The position numbers and the translations under genes were made by a program. 61,812 nucleotides of DNA from an uncultured Candidatus Saccharibacteria bacterium. GTDB taxonomy: Bacteria > Patescibacteriota > Andersenbacteria > UBA10190. The DNA is taken from the NCBI GenBank assembly GCA_964392095.1, contig CAYMOF010000002.1, positions 1 to 61,812 on the forward strand, given 5' to 3'. The notes under the pieces were generated by a model. It was not told the DNA's origin. It worked only from the letters and a program-made list of their open reading frames with translations, and did not search any database. Below are positions 28,025 through 37,267 of the stretch, one piece after another (position 1 is the first letter of the stretch; every line of letters begins with the position of its first letter).

Positions 28025-29251
28025 ATGTATAAATACGCTTTTTTCCTGGGGGTGAACTCCCTTCTTTGTGCCAGCGAGTGTTTTATCTCGTTAACAAGAG
28101 AGGGGTACTCCCCCGAGATAATTATCCAGAATAAACTTTTTTTAATTATATCACTTAAAAAAAAGCTGGTGGGAAATTTTATTGATCGTTTAGGAGGGAC
28201 TTTAAAAATCGCGCTGGTGATAGAAGAAAAAAATGAAGCTTTCAATTGTCAGGATTTACTTAAAGCCCTGTCCCCTGCCCCGGGAAAAATTAATGTGGGG
28301 TTCGGGTTCTTAAACGTGTCCAGAAAACAAATCCATGGCTTGGCTAAAGATTTTAAAAAAGCCTGCGGGGAAAGAGATTGTGGTATTAGATACATAATGC
28401 CGCGCGGAGAAAACACTGGCTTAAACGCCGCTCAAGTTATTTTCAATAAGCTTACTGGGCCTTCGAATCGTGAATTTACGTTTATTAAAAAAGGAAATAA
28501 GAATTATCTGGTTGTAACAGAACAGGTGCAAAATATTTCAGCTTACGAAAAGCGCGACACCAAAAGGCCGACCAGGTCAATGAAGGTTGGTTTGATGCCG
28601 CCAAAATTGGCGCAGGTGTGCATTAATCTTGTGCCCAGCCTGTCTGTTAATAAATCTACCATTTACGATCCTTTTTGTGGCATGGGAACAGTATTACAAG
28701 AAGGGTGGTTGATGGGATATAAAATGATCGGTTCCGACAAAAGTGAAGAAATGGTAAAGGCTTCACAAGAAAATTTAAAATGGGTAATCGATAATTTAAA
28801 GATTACCAATGAGGAGGTGGCACCTTTTGTCTTTAAACATGATATAAGCAAGGAAGGGCCTATTGAAACAGTATCCGGCGTTGACGCAATTGTTACAGAG
28901 CCTTATTTGGGTGAGCCTTTAAACAAATATATTTCGCGGGAAGAAGCTTGTGAGCAAGTCAAGTTTTTGGGCCAACTGTATCTTAATTTTTTCAAAAACG
29001 TAAAAGGTCTTCTAGCGAACCAAAAAGGATGGGTGGTTTTTATATTGCCGGCTTTTTTTCTTAATAAGGGCAATTATTTATTGTTTCCTAATACTTTTAT
29101 TGACCAGATAGAAAATATTGGCTATAATTATCAGAGTCTTATTCCTAAAGAAATGAGAATAAGAAGAGGTTTGTCAAGGCGAGGCACTTTCCTATACGCC
29201 AGACCAAACGCTTTGGTGGGTCGAGAAATAACTATTTGGAAATTAAATTAG
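28025..29251 (+). CDS. SAM-dependent methyltransferase, probably RNA m2G type (UPF0020/Trm11-like)
   Basis: Motif I DPFCGMGTVLQEG; motif IV-like VTEPYLGEP. Confidence 0.5.
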   Translation: MYKYAFFLGVNSLLCASECFISLTREGYSPEIIIQNKLFLIISLKKKLVGNFIDRLGGTLKIALVIEEKNEAFNCQDLLKALSPAPGKINVGFGFLNVSRKQIHGLAKDFKKACGERDCGIRYIMPRGENTGLNAAQVIFNKLTGPSNREFTFIKKGNKNYLVVTEQVQNISAYEKRDTKRPTRSMKVGLMPPKLAQVCINLVPSLSVNKSTIYDPFCGMGTVLQEGWLMGYKMIGSDKSEEMVKASQENLKWVIDNLKITNEEVAPFVFKHDISKEGPIETVSGVDAIVTEPYLGEPLNKYISREEACEQVKFLGQLYLNFFKNVKGLLANQKGWVVFILPAFFLNKGNYLLFPNTFIDQIENIGYNYQSLIPKEMRIRRGLSRRGTFLYARPNALVGREITIWKLN

Positions 29252-29259
29252 TTTAATAT

Positions 29260-29532
29260 ATGGCGCATAAAAAAGCAGGAGGATCAACAAGCCTGGGGCG
29301 TGATTCACAAGCTAAGAGATTGGGTGTGAAAATTTTTAGCGGCCAGAAAGCACAGGCTGGAAATGTAATAGTAAGACAAAGAGGTTCAAGCTATAGGGCC
29401 GGGTTTGGAGCTAGACAAGCCGCCGACGATACAATATACGCCGGAAAAGAAGGCGTGGTTGAATTTGTTAACAAAAAGGTAAAGCATTTTACAGGCCGAT
29501 TAAAAAAGACAACGGTTATCAAAGTTGATTAG
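29260..29532 (+). CDS. rpmA: ribosomal protein L27
   Basis: [24 protein letters not shown]...VRQRG. Confidence 0.95.
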   Translation: MAHKKAGGSTSLGRDSQAKRLGVKIFSGQKAQAGNVIVRQRGSSYRAGFGARQAADDTIYAGKEGVVEFVNKKVKHFTGRLKKTTVIKVD

Positions 29533-29581
29533 TATCGCCTGTTAGGAAGATTAAGGCTTGTCAACCATGGTTTTTTTAGGG

Positions 29582-31213
29582 TTAGATATTAGCTGCAGCA
29601 GCTATAAAGTTATTAAAAAGAGGGTGTCCGGTGGTTGGCCGTGATGTGAATTCAGCGTGGTATTGAACACCAACAAACCAGGGATGGTCGGGAACTTCAA
29701 CTATTTCTACTAATTTGCCGTCTGGCGTAGTGCCGGCAATGCGCAGGCCCGCTTCAGCCAGTTTTTGCCGGTAATCATTATTGAATTCATAACGGTGCCG
29801 GTGCCGTTCTCTTATTTGTTTTGATTTGTAGGCTTGATAGGAAAAAGAATTTTCATCTAATACGCAATCCCAGCCGCCCAGACGCATAGTGCCGCCCTTA
29901 TTTTTTATATTTTTCTGTTCTTTCATAATATTTATGACGAATTGTGAATTCTGTGATTTGTCTTTGCTTTCATCAGCAAGTTCTCGGCTGGTGGCGTGAG
30001 TGAGGCCGGCAACGTGGCGAGCAAATTCTATGACGGCTAGTTGCATGCCCAGGCAAAGACCTAGATAAGGAATTTTATTTTCTCGCGCATATTTTATAGC
30101 GTTTATTTTTCCTTCTATGCCGCGAGTTCCGAATCCTCCCGGGACAACAATGCCGCTTACGCCTTTTAATTGGGATAATAAAGAATCATTTTGGAGCTGT
30201 TCAGAATCGACCCAGCGCAGGTTAAGGTTATAATTGTTTATCCAGCAGGCCGCTTTTAGGGCTTCTATAACACTTACGTAGGTATCAAGCATGGTCGTGT
30301 ATTTGCCCACCAGAGTAATAGTAAGTTTCTTTTTGTCATTTTTAATTTTGCTAACTAGGTTGTTCCAAATTTTATTATTACGATTTTTTATGTTCAGATG
30401 AAGTTTATCGGCGATAACTTTGTGTAAGTTATAATTTTCTATCATTAGGGGGACCTCATAAACGCTCGGTACTGTAGGGAGGGGCAGGATAGCCTTGGGT
30501 TCAACGTTTGTATATAAAGACAGTTTGCTGATAATGTCGTCCTTGGGAGTATGGTCAGTGCGAGCAATAAGAATGTCTGGTTGAATACCGATACTGCGCA
30601 GGTCGCGGACGCTATTCTGCGCCGGCTTTGTTTTTACTTCGTCAGAAGCTTTGAGATAAGGCAAAAAAACAACATGAATATATAAGACATTTTCGCGTCC
30701 TTCGTCCAAATGCATTTGGCGGGCAGCTTCAATAAAATGAAAGCCTTCATCATCACCAACAGTACCCCCAATTTCTACTATGTGAACGTCGTATTTGTCT
30801 TTAGAGGCGGCTTTTTTAATATGGTGCTTGACTTCATCTGTAACATGTGGAATAACCTGAACAGTTTTACCTAGATATTCCCCTTTTCGCTCCCGGGCTA
30901 TGAGAGATGAATAAATTTTGCCAGTCATAACAGAAGATGCTGAAGTTAAATTTTGGTCTAAAAATCGTTCATAATGGCCTAAATCTAGGTCTGTTTCAGC
31001 GCCGTCGTCGGTGACAAAAACCTCACCGTGTTCACCTGGATTCAATGTTCCGGCATCGACATTAATGTATTGATCAAACTTTTGAATATTTACTTTTAGG
31101 CCTCGGTGCTTAAGCGCATTTCCTATTGAGGCAGCGGTTATGCCTTTGCCTAAGCCAGACAGGACTCCGCCCGTAACAAATATGTATTTAACTTGTTTAT
31201 GAGGGATAAGCAT
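29582..31213 (-). CDS. pyrG: CTP synthase
   Basis: YIFVTGGVLSGLGKG N-terminus and GLCLGMQ glutaminase Cys motif; 543 aa. Confidence 0.95.
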   Translation of the reverse strand: MLIPHKQVKYIFVTGGVLSGLGKGITAASIGNALKHRGLKVNIQKFDQYINVDAGTLNPGEHGEVFVTDDGAETDLDLGHYERFLDQNLTSASSVMTGKIYSSLIARERKGEYLGKTVQVIPHVTDEVKHHIKKAASKDKYDVHIVEIGGTVGDDEGFHFIEAARQMHLDEGRENVLYIHVVFLPYLKASDEVKTKPAQNSVRDLRSIGIQPDILIARTDHTPKDDIISKLSLYTNVEPKAILPLPTVPSVYEVPLMIENYNLHKVIADKLHLNIKNRNNKIWNNLVSKIKNDKKKLTITLVGKYTTMLDTYVSVIEALKAACWINNYNLNLRWVDSEQLQNDSLLSQLKGVSGIVVPGGFGTRGIEGKINAIKYARENKIPYLGLCLGMQLAVIEFARHVAGLTHATSRELADESKDKSQNSQFVINIMKEQKNIKNKGGTMRLGGWDCVLDENSFSYQAYKSKQIRERHRHRYEFNNDYRQKLAEAGLRIAGTTPDGKLVEIVEVPDHPWFVGVQYHAEFTSRPTTGHPLFNNFIAAAANI

Positions 31214-31224
31214 TGGGTATAAGT

Positions 31225-31695
31225 TTAGGAACCGTTTTTTTCTGCTGTTACAGTTACTTTAATCGGCGTTTCTATGTCGGAGCTTAATTTTATAGTGGCA
31301 TCATAGGTGCCAAGAGCGGTAACTGGTTTATCGATTACAATATTGCCGGCTTTGAATTTATAGGGGGTTTTTTCTGTTAGTTCTTTAGCGATTTGTGAAC
31401 TGGTAATTTTGCCATATATACTATCGTCTTTTTTAACACGGGCTGAGATAGTAAGCTCCGTATCGGCTAGCAATTCAGCTCTTTTTTTTATATCTTCGAA
31501 CTCCTTTTGCTGAACTATTTGTTCCTCTTTCCCCTTTTTTTGGTAATTTATAATTGTGTCGTCAGTGGCGAGAGCGGCTTTTTCTTGTGGAAATAAAAAA
31601 TTCCGGGCGTAGCCTTCATTAACAGTGACTATTTCTCCAGTCTGACCCAAGGATTTTATATCCTCAAGAAGCAGAACCTTTATTCTTTTACTCAT
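31225..31695 (-). CDS. rplI: ribosomal protein L9
   Basis: KVLLLEDIKSLGQTGEIVTVNEGYARNFLFP. Confidence 0.9.
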   Translation of the reverse strand: MSKRIKVLLLEDIKSLGQTGEIVTVNEGYARNFLFPQEKAALATDDTIINYQKKGKEEQIVQQKEFEDIKKRAELLADTELTISARVKKDDSIYGKITSSQIAKELTEKTPYKFKAGNIVIDKPVTALGTYDATIKLSSDIETPIKVTVTAEKNGS

Positions 31696-31701
31696 TAGTA
31701 G

Positions 31702-31977
31702 TTAGGTGGTTATTATAAATGCAGAATAAACGTTGGCTGTTTCTATTTCTTGTAAATCCAAGTGAGTGACAAAGGAATTACGTGGTCCATCATAGCATTT
31801 ATCAATGAATTTATTCAATTTATCTTCATTGCCTTGAGCGGTAATTTTAACAGAATCATCCGGCATGTTTTTTACAAATCCGAATACTTGTAATTTTTCG
31901 GCCTGTTTCTTAGCAAAATAGCGATAACCAACGCCCTGAACACGACCGTATACTGTTATTTTAATAGTCTTAGACAA
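31702..31977 (-). CDS. acyP: acylphosphatase
   Basis: VYGRVQGVGYRYF motif; 91 aa. Confidence 0.85.
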   Translation of the reverse strand: MSKTIKITVYGRVQGVGYRYFAKKQAEKLQVFGFVKNMPDDSVKITAQGNEDKLNKFIDKCYDGPRNSFVTHLDLQEIETANVYSAFIITT

Positions 31978-31979
31978 TT

Positions 31980-33203
31980 TTATTGCTGTGATTCCAGTTC
32001 TTGGAAAGCTCTTGTCAAGGGTTCGTCTTCTTCTGTATCGTGTTTTTGCTCTACCATAATGGTCGGCTCTATCCCCTCTTCGTTAATAGATCTGCCGTTA
32101 GGCGTGTACCATTTAGCTACTGTTATTTTCATACTCGAACCGTCGTTCAGTTTGATGAATTCCTGAACGGATCCTTTCCCGAAAGTTTTGGTGCCTATAA
32201 TTGGGACTTTTAGCTGATCATTAAGGGCACCAGCTAGGATTTCGGAGGCGGAAGCCGAGCCTTCATTAACCAGAACAACCAAAGGGATGCCGGCCAGAAT
32301 ATTTTTTCCTTCAGCGCAGTGCTTCTTTTCCGTAACGCCTTTTTCTATAACAACGATCGTGTCTTCCGACAAAAAACGGGAGGCAATGTCAACAGCTGCT
32401 TCTAAAAATCCACCCGGGTTGTTACGCAGATCAAGAATCAGGCCGCTTACATTTTGGCGTGATACTTCTTTGGCAATATTAAGAAATTGTTTAGAGGTGT
32501 CTCCGTTGAAGCTTTTAACAGTAATGTGAGCGATGTTATTTTCATTTATTCCTAAAGAAACACTTTCTATTTCTATAATGTCTCTAACTATAGTGACGGT
32601 TTCTGGTTCGGAGGAGTTTTTGTGGAAAATAGATAATTTTATAGGCTGTCCAATAGGACCCCTAATTTTTTGCACAGCTTCATCGAGAGTAGTGTCTTGG
32701 GTTATAGGATCATCTCCTATTTTGAGAATAACATCCCCTTCTCTGATACCAGCCCTTTCGGCCGGAGAGTCGGCTAGGGGCGAAATGACTGTTATAACAC
32801 CGTTTCTGATTCCAATCTCCATGCCAGCCCCGGAAAAACTGCCGGTGATGTTTTCTTCAAATTGCTTTGTTTCTTTGGGGGGAGTAAAAACCGTGTAAGG
32901 GTCTCCGGCGGCGTTAACAAGGCCAGAAATGGCACCATAAAAAAGTTTTTGATCGTCTAGTTCACCTATAAAATTAGCGTGGAGCTTGTCCCAGGCTTCC
33001 CAAAAGGTCGGATAGACAAGCTTGCGTTCACCATTTTCTACCGAAACAAAATTAACAGTGGAAACAGGCAATTTAGCCGCGGGAATAACATAACGCCCGA
33101 TGAAAATACCGGCTAAAAGGAAAAATACTGACAGCAATATTCTTTTGGATAGCATGTTCTTATTTTGAGGCATGACTATATTTTTATCTGTTTCTGCTTT
33201 CAT
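31980..33203 (-). CDS. S41 carboxy-terminal processing peptidase with PDZ domain
   Basis: PDZ region (GIREGDVILKIGD), GSASASEILAGAL Ser motif, TFGKGSVQ Lys motif. Start may be a downstream Met. Confidence 0.85.
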   Translation of the reverse strand: MKAETDKNIVMPQNKNMLSKRILLSVFFLLAGIFIGRYVIPAAKLPVSTVNFVSVENGERKLVYPTFWEAWDKLHANFIGELDDQKLFYGAISGLVNAAGDPYTVFTPPKETKQFEENITGSFSGAGMEIGIRNGVITVISPLADSPAERAGIREGDVILKIGDDPITQDTTLDEAVQKIRGPIGQPIKLSIFHKNSSEPETVTIVRDIIEIESVSLGINENNIAHITVKSFNGDTSKQFLNIAKEVSRQNVSGLILDLRNNPGGFLEAAVDIASRFLSEDTIVVIEKGVTEKKHCAEGKNILAGIPLVVLVNEGSASASEILAGALNDQLKVPIIGTKTFGKGSVQEFIKLNDGSSMKITVAKWYTPNGRSINEEGIEPTIMVEQKHDTEEDEPLTRAFQELESQQ

Positions 33204-33219
33204 CCGAAAGGTTTTTGGC

Positions 33220-35016
33220 TTATTTACAAATTTTTATATGGAGATCTTTAAGCTGCCTGTTTGATGCTTCGGAAGGCGAGCCCATCATTACGTCTTGAGC
33301 TTTGCCGTTTTTGGGGAATGCGTAAATTTCCCTGATATTGGGTTCGTTCCATAAAACCATTAAAAGCCTATCTATGCCTGGAGCCATGCCGCCATGAGGA
33401 GGAGCTCCATAGTTAAAGGCTCTAATCATGGCTCCGAACTTCTTGTCCACCTCTTCTTTAGTAAATCCGGCTATGGAAAATGCTTTGTACATGATGTCGG
33501 GCCGGTGATTGCGAATAGCTCCGGAGCTTATTTCATAGCCATTCAAGGTGAGATCATATTGATAACCCAATATGGTAGTAGGATCTTCGGCTTCCAGTCC
33601 TTCTAACCCTCCCTGGGGCATACTGAAAGGATTATGAGAAAAATCAATTTTACCCTCTTGTTCGTTATATTCATACATGGGGAAATCAGTAATCCAACAC
33701 CAGGAAGCTAGGTCCTGATCGGCGAGGTTTTGTTTTTTGGCTATTAGTTTGCGAACTGCGCCTAGAGCCTGGCAGGCGGTTTGCCATTTGTCGGCCACGA
33801 AGAAAATCGCGTTTCCTTTGTGAGCTTCCAGCCGTTTAATAATCAGGTTGGTCAAGTCTTCGCCTAAATATTTAATTATAGGAGAGGAGGGCTTGTCTTT
33901 AATAAGAATATAGGCCAAGCCGGAAGCGTTGTGGGTCTTAGCCTCATTGGTTAATTCTTCAATATCGCTACGGCTAAAAGAAGCGCCATTTTCAACACGG
34001 AGGGCTTGAACAAATCCGCCTTTCTCCAGAACATCGGCAAATTGTTTGAATTCACAGCCTTTGATTTGTTTGGAGATATCGACTATTTCCAGACCATATC
34101 GCAAATCAGGCTTGTCACTGCCGTATTTTGAAATAGCTTCATGCCAGGAAATGCGGGGGAACGGCTGGGACTGTATTTTTTTATCGCTAAATTTTTTAGT
34201 GAGATTAGTCATTAGGGGTTCAATTACGGCAAATACATCTTCTTGTTCGACAAAACTCATTTCCATGTCAATTTGATAAAAATCTCCGGAGTGTCGATCC
34301 TGGCGGGGGTCTTCGTCGCGAAAACAAGGAGCTATCTGAAAATATCTGTCCAGGCCACCAATCATCAGAAGCTGCTTGAACTGCTGAGGCGCTTGCGGCA
34401 AAGCGTAAAACTTACCGGGATAAAGTCGGCTGGGGATAAGAAAGTCCCTGGCCCCTTCGGGGGAGGAGTTGGCTAGAATCGGGGTCTGCACTTCGGTGAA
34501 TTGGTTGTCTTTCATATATTGGCGAACGTAAGTTGTTAGCTCATCCCGGCGGCGCATCATTTTTTGAAGGCGCGGATGGCGCAAATCCAAAAATCGGTAT
34601 TTAAGCCTTAGTTCTTCGTTTACGTTAGTGCTTGTCTCTATTAAAAAAGGAGGGGTTTTGGAGGTACTGATAATTTCAAGATTATCTACCAATAGCTCAA
34701 TTTCTCCTGTTTTTACTTTGTCGTTAACCATGTCAATCGGTCTTTCGGCAACAATACCCTCGACCGTGATAACATATTCACTTTTTATGCCGCTTATTTT
34801 TTGCCAGGATTCTTTGTCTTTGCTGGGATTAAAGGCGAGTTGAGTTATCCCCCATTTGTCTCTTAGGTCAATAAAAACCAGGTTGCCATGATCGCGTTTG
34901 TTTTGCACCCAGCCGCTTAAGCGGGCTCGCTCGCCAACATTTTTTTTGCTGAGCTCGTTGTTAGTATGAGTGCGATACTGGTTAACGCTGATGGGTCTTT
35001 TACCTTTGATATTCAT
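33220..35016 (-). CDS. aspS: aspartyl-tRNA synthetase
   Basis: Class II motifs (FRDEDPRQDRH, GGMAPGIDRL). Start moved to ATG 35016 (MNIKGKRP...) from track 35052. Confidence 0.95.
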   Translation of the reverse strand: MNIKGKRPISVNQYRTHTNNELSKKNVGERARLSGWVQNKRDHGNLVFIDLRDKWGITQLAFNPSKDKESWQKISGIKSEYVITVEGIVAERPIDMVNDKVKTGEIELLVDNLEIISTSKTPPFLIETSTNVNEELRLKYRFLDLRHPRLQKMMRRRDELTTYVRQYMKDNQFTEVQTPILANSSPEGARDFLIPSRLYPGKFYALPQAPQQFKQLLMIGGLDRYFQIAPCFRDEDPRQDRHSGDFYQIDMEMSFVEQEDVFAVIEPLMTNLTKKFSDKKIQSQPFPRISWHEAISKYGSDKPDLRYGLEIVDISKQIKGCEFKQFADVLEKGGFVQALRVENGASFSRSDIEELTNEAKTHNASGLAYILIKDKPSSPIIKYLGEDLTNLIIKRLEAHKGNAIFFVADKWQTACQALGAVRKLIAKKQNLADQDLASWCWITDFPMYEYNEQEGKIDFSHNPFSMPQGGLEGLEAEDPTTILGYQYDLTLNGYEISSGAIRNHRPDIMYKAFSIAGFTKEEVDKKFGAMIRAFNYGAPPHGGMAPGIDRLLMVLWNEPNIREIYAFPKNGKAQDVMMGSPSEASNRQLKDLHIKICK

Positions 35017-35322
35017 GTAATAAAGCGTAGTCGAGAGAAGCAATGATAGCAATGTTGCTTTGGATATTATTTCTCAGGAGAATAAAAATAAAGATTTTTT
35101 TATTGTCATTCTCCTGGGTCTTACCGGTCTTCACGATCGGTAAAGGTCGTATACCCAGGATTCGCCCCGCTCCTTCGGACGGGGTTTGATTGTCGGTCCT
35201 GTATGTAATACACGGACCAAGAAAGGAACACTGCGCGTAAAACGCGCATTCCTCTTATGTAAATGTGCTATTTACCTGAGAGGAATACGCGGTTTTGGGC
35301 TGACAAAAGAATTTTGAGAGAA
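35017..35322 (-). promoter_or_regulatory. long structured 5' leader of aspS (unclassified cis-RNA candidate)
   Basis: Lies between a near-consensus promoter and the aspS ATG. Several GC-rich hairpins, including two mutually exclusive ones sharing 35243-35247. Confidence 0.4.
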
Positions 35323-35328
35323 CGTAAA

Positions 35329-35356
35329 ATTATAAATCACTGATGTATTTTTGCAA
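35329..35356 (-). promoter_or_regulatory. sigma70-type promoter facing aspS
   Basis: Minus strand: TTGCAA (35356-35351), 16-nt spacer, TATAAT (35334-35329). Confidence 0.5.
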
Positions 35357-35651
35357 GGGCGTTGCTTTCGTTTATGTCCGTATGTGTTCTCAAACGATTC
35401 GTGACGAGGAGTTAGTTACAAAATCTGGCAAGCCAAATAATGAAGCTAATTGTATCATGTAAGCAGTAGATTTACACGACAGTCCTTGCGCTCAAGAGAC
35501 AGGAAGCCGAGACTGCCTGTCCTGTAGTTGCGATAAGGCTCCTCCCCACCACAAATCATTTGATAACAATAAAGTACAAATGACCGGTTATTATAGCGGT
35601 GGGTTTATTTTATGTCAAATTTATATTTTAATATATTTATTGTATATTTTT

Positions 35652-35677
35652 ATTATAGGCTTAAATAAGCCTATAAT
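35652..35677. repeat. perfect 12-bp inverted repeat ATTATAGGCTTA-AA-TAAGCCTATAAT
   Basis: Read directly; lies ~50 nt downstream of the stop of the 35725-36438 gene. Confidence 0.7.
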
Positions 35678-35724
35678 TAATAAGCGTGGGGGTTGTTGCT
35701 TATTTATGTTTTTGGAGAAAAATT

Positions 35725-36438
35725 TTATATGGCTAAATAATCGCGCCAGCGCAGATAAAGATCTTTGGTAGCCAATATGTCACGGCCGTTATAACGAGCA
35801 ATGTCTAGGCATTTCCCTTTTTTAAAGAATGGGGCTACCTGATCACCGTTGATGTCTTCTTTGGGGCTGTCAATACCGAAAGCACGCGTCCAGAGATGAA
35901 GGCTTCCCTTTTGTCTCACGGCGCCATAAAAAGTAAGCTGGTCAAGCAGGTCAATGTGTTTGGCGTTGCTGAATTGGGAGTTTAAATATCTGTTAGACAT
36001 TAAGTTTTTAGTTGGCTTTATTTGATGGATAGTTGATCGGACCAAGATAAAGGGAATGTCAAACGAGCGGCCGTTAAAAGTCACAAAGGTGTCATATTTT
36101 TTGGCCCCTTCCCAAAACTGCTCCAACATATCTTTTTCGCTGACAGGCTTGAAACGAATATTTTCTTCAACCAGTTCTTTAGTCTTGTTTTTGCTTTTAT
36201 GCGGCTGGTAATAAACAACCCCCTGATCACGCTCTACGTCAAAGACCCCCAGGGCGACTATCTGACTAGTTAAAGGAGAGAAGCCTAAATTATCCTTTAC
36301 CTGCCGCAATAATTTTTGCTTTTCTTTAGGTTGATTAGTTTCCTTGTTAATCCATTGGGTGAGTGTTTCTTGGGTCTTTTTATCCATTTTGGCATAGTCC
36401 TCCCCTACCGTTTCTATGTCCAGGACGAGTGTGGGCAT
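35725..36438 (-). CDS. RNase H-fold 3'-5' exonuclease related to the PolB exonuclease domain
   Basis: Exo motifs LDIETVG, TFNGRSFDIPFI, HIDLLD, YNGRDILATKDLY; 237 aa. Confidence 0.65.
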   Translation of the reverse strand: MPTLVLDIETVGEDYAKMDKKTQETLTQWINKETNQPKEKQKLLRQVKDNLGFSPLTSQIVALGVFDVERDQGVVYYQPHKSKNKTKELVEENIRFKPVSEKDMLEQFWEGAKKYDTFVTFNGRSFDIPFILVRSTIHQIKPTKNLMSNRYLNSQFSNAKHIDLLDQLTFYGAVRQKGSLHLWTRAFGIDSPKEDINGDQVAPFFKKGKCLDIARYNGRDILATKDLYLRWRDYLAI

Positions 36439-36588
36439 ATGTGAATTTTACATTGATATTGAGGCTGTTGCTAGGCTTTGATATTTCTTAACGCGGAAGT
36501 GGTTTAAATTTGACAGTTTTTTGTTTAAGTTTTAAAAAATAACGATACCGAGCAGATTTGACAGATTGTACTTTGAAAGGAGAAGAAA

Positions 36589-36954
36589 ATGTGTGAAAAA
36601 GAAGGAATGTGGAAAGAGCTTCTCGAAGCCGGTCAAATAGGTAATAATGTAAAGTCTGGTTTTATGGAGGTGCCTGGAGGCTGGCTTTTAAGAACCATTG
36701 TCAGTACGCACAGCGGGAATCCGGTATGTGAAATTATTTTTGTGTCGAGGCCAGATGGTTGTTTGACATTTGGTGTAAAGTGGGAAGCTCTTCCCGACAA
36801 GGGCGTTGGCCAGGAAGAAACCTACGTTAGGTCTGATCGCATATCTGTTCCTGACGGATGGATTGTACGCGTTGTGATTTGGAGAGATGGAGCCGGCGCT
36901 GATGTGAAGTTCATACGGGTGCATGATCTACATCATGAATGGAGGCTTGGTTAA
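36589..36954 (+). CDS. hypothetical protein with internal duplication (121 aa)
   Basis: AAAGGAG 7 nt before the ATG; own terminator; repeated VPGGWLLRTIV / VPDGWIVRVVI modules. Confidence 0.5.
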   Translation: MCEKEGMWKELLEAGQIGNNVKSGFMEVPGGWLLRTIVSTHSGNPVCEIIFVSRPDGCLTFGVKWEALPDKGVGQEETYVRSDRISVPDGWIVRVVIWRDGAGADVKFIRVHDLHHEWRLG

Positions 36955-37003
36955 AAAACGGTTGTTCTTTTTCAGAGTTGTTTCTTATTTGATGTAGCGC
37001 TTG

Positions 37004-37039
37004 GCCTCGATCTCACATTGATGAGAGCGGGGCTTTTTT
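37004..37039 (+). terminator. intrinsic terminator of the 36589 gene
   Basis: 12-bp stem (one mismatch) 37004-37015 / 37022-37033, then T6. Confidence 0.65.
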
Positions 37040-37041
37040 GT

Positions 37042-37061
37042 TACAACTTGGTGCGCTCAGA
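37042..37061 (+). repeat. direct repeat copy of the tRNA-Lys 3' end (att-like, distal)
   Basis: TACAACTTGGTGCGCTCAGA, identical to 38240-38259. Confidence 0.85.
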
Positions 37062-37139
37062 TATAGCCACCTGGAACACCGTTATACGCCAATTAAAAGC
37101 GATTCATGCAATTTTTGCACCTCTTATCTCCCGTAGTTA

Positions 37140-37168
37140 TTGACACGTATAATTGTGTGTGCTATAAA
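37140..37168 (+). promoter_or_regulatory. near-consensus sigma70 promoter
   Basis: TTGACA (37140-37145), 17-nt spacer, TATAAA (37163-37168). Confidence 0.55.
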
Positions 37169-37201
37169 CACATGTTCTTTCTCAACATAAGGAGAATTGC
37201 C

Positions 37202-37207
37202 ATGTAG
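37202..37207 (+). other. start-stop mini-ORF (ATG TAG) with ideal SD
   Basis: AAGGAGA 37189-37195, 6-nt spacer, ATGTAG. Confidence 0.4.
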
Positions 37208-37267
37208 ATTACAGTTGCGTTCCCGACCACTGTATGTAGTCTGTTTCTCATCATAGGGAGTAGACCA

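Noticed and set aside
35017-35322. Canonical T-box riboswitch for aspS
   Set aside because: No stem I platform motifs, no GAC/GAU specifier in a suitable loop, and no UGGN-containing T-box sequence. I kept it as an unclassified leader instead.
35100-35560. tmRNA (plus strand ends ...CTCCTCCCCACCA; minus strand begins GGGGAGGAGCC)
   Set aside because: There is no matching 5' acceptor strand. Position 70 would be C rather than the universal G3-U70 partner. No GGxUUCGAAUCC-type T-loop is present, and no tag-peptide reading frame ends in hydrophobic residues plus a stop.
35053-35724. RNase P RNA
   Set aside because: Neither strand contains GGAAAGUCC (CR-I) or ACAGAAnnCGGCUUA (CR-IV/V). Only short chance-level matches occur (ACGACAG, CUUAUCG), and they are in the wrong order.
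35580-35771. 63-aa ORF in AT-rich DNA
   Set aside because: Ile/Tyr/Leu low-complexity translation of AT-rich spacer that overlaps the 3' end of the exonuclease gene. No SD.
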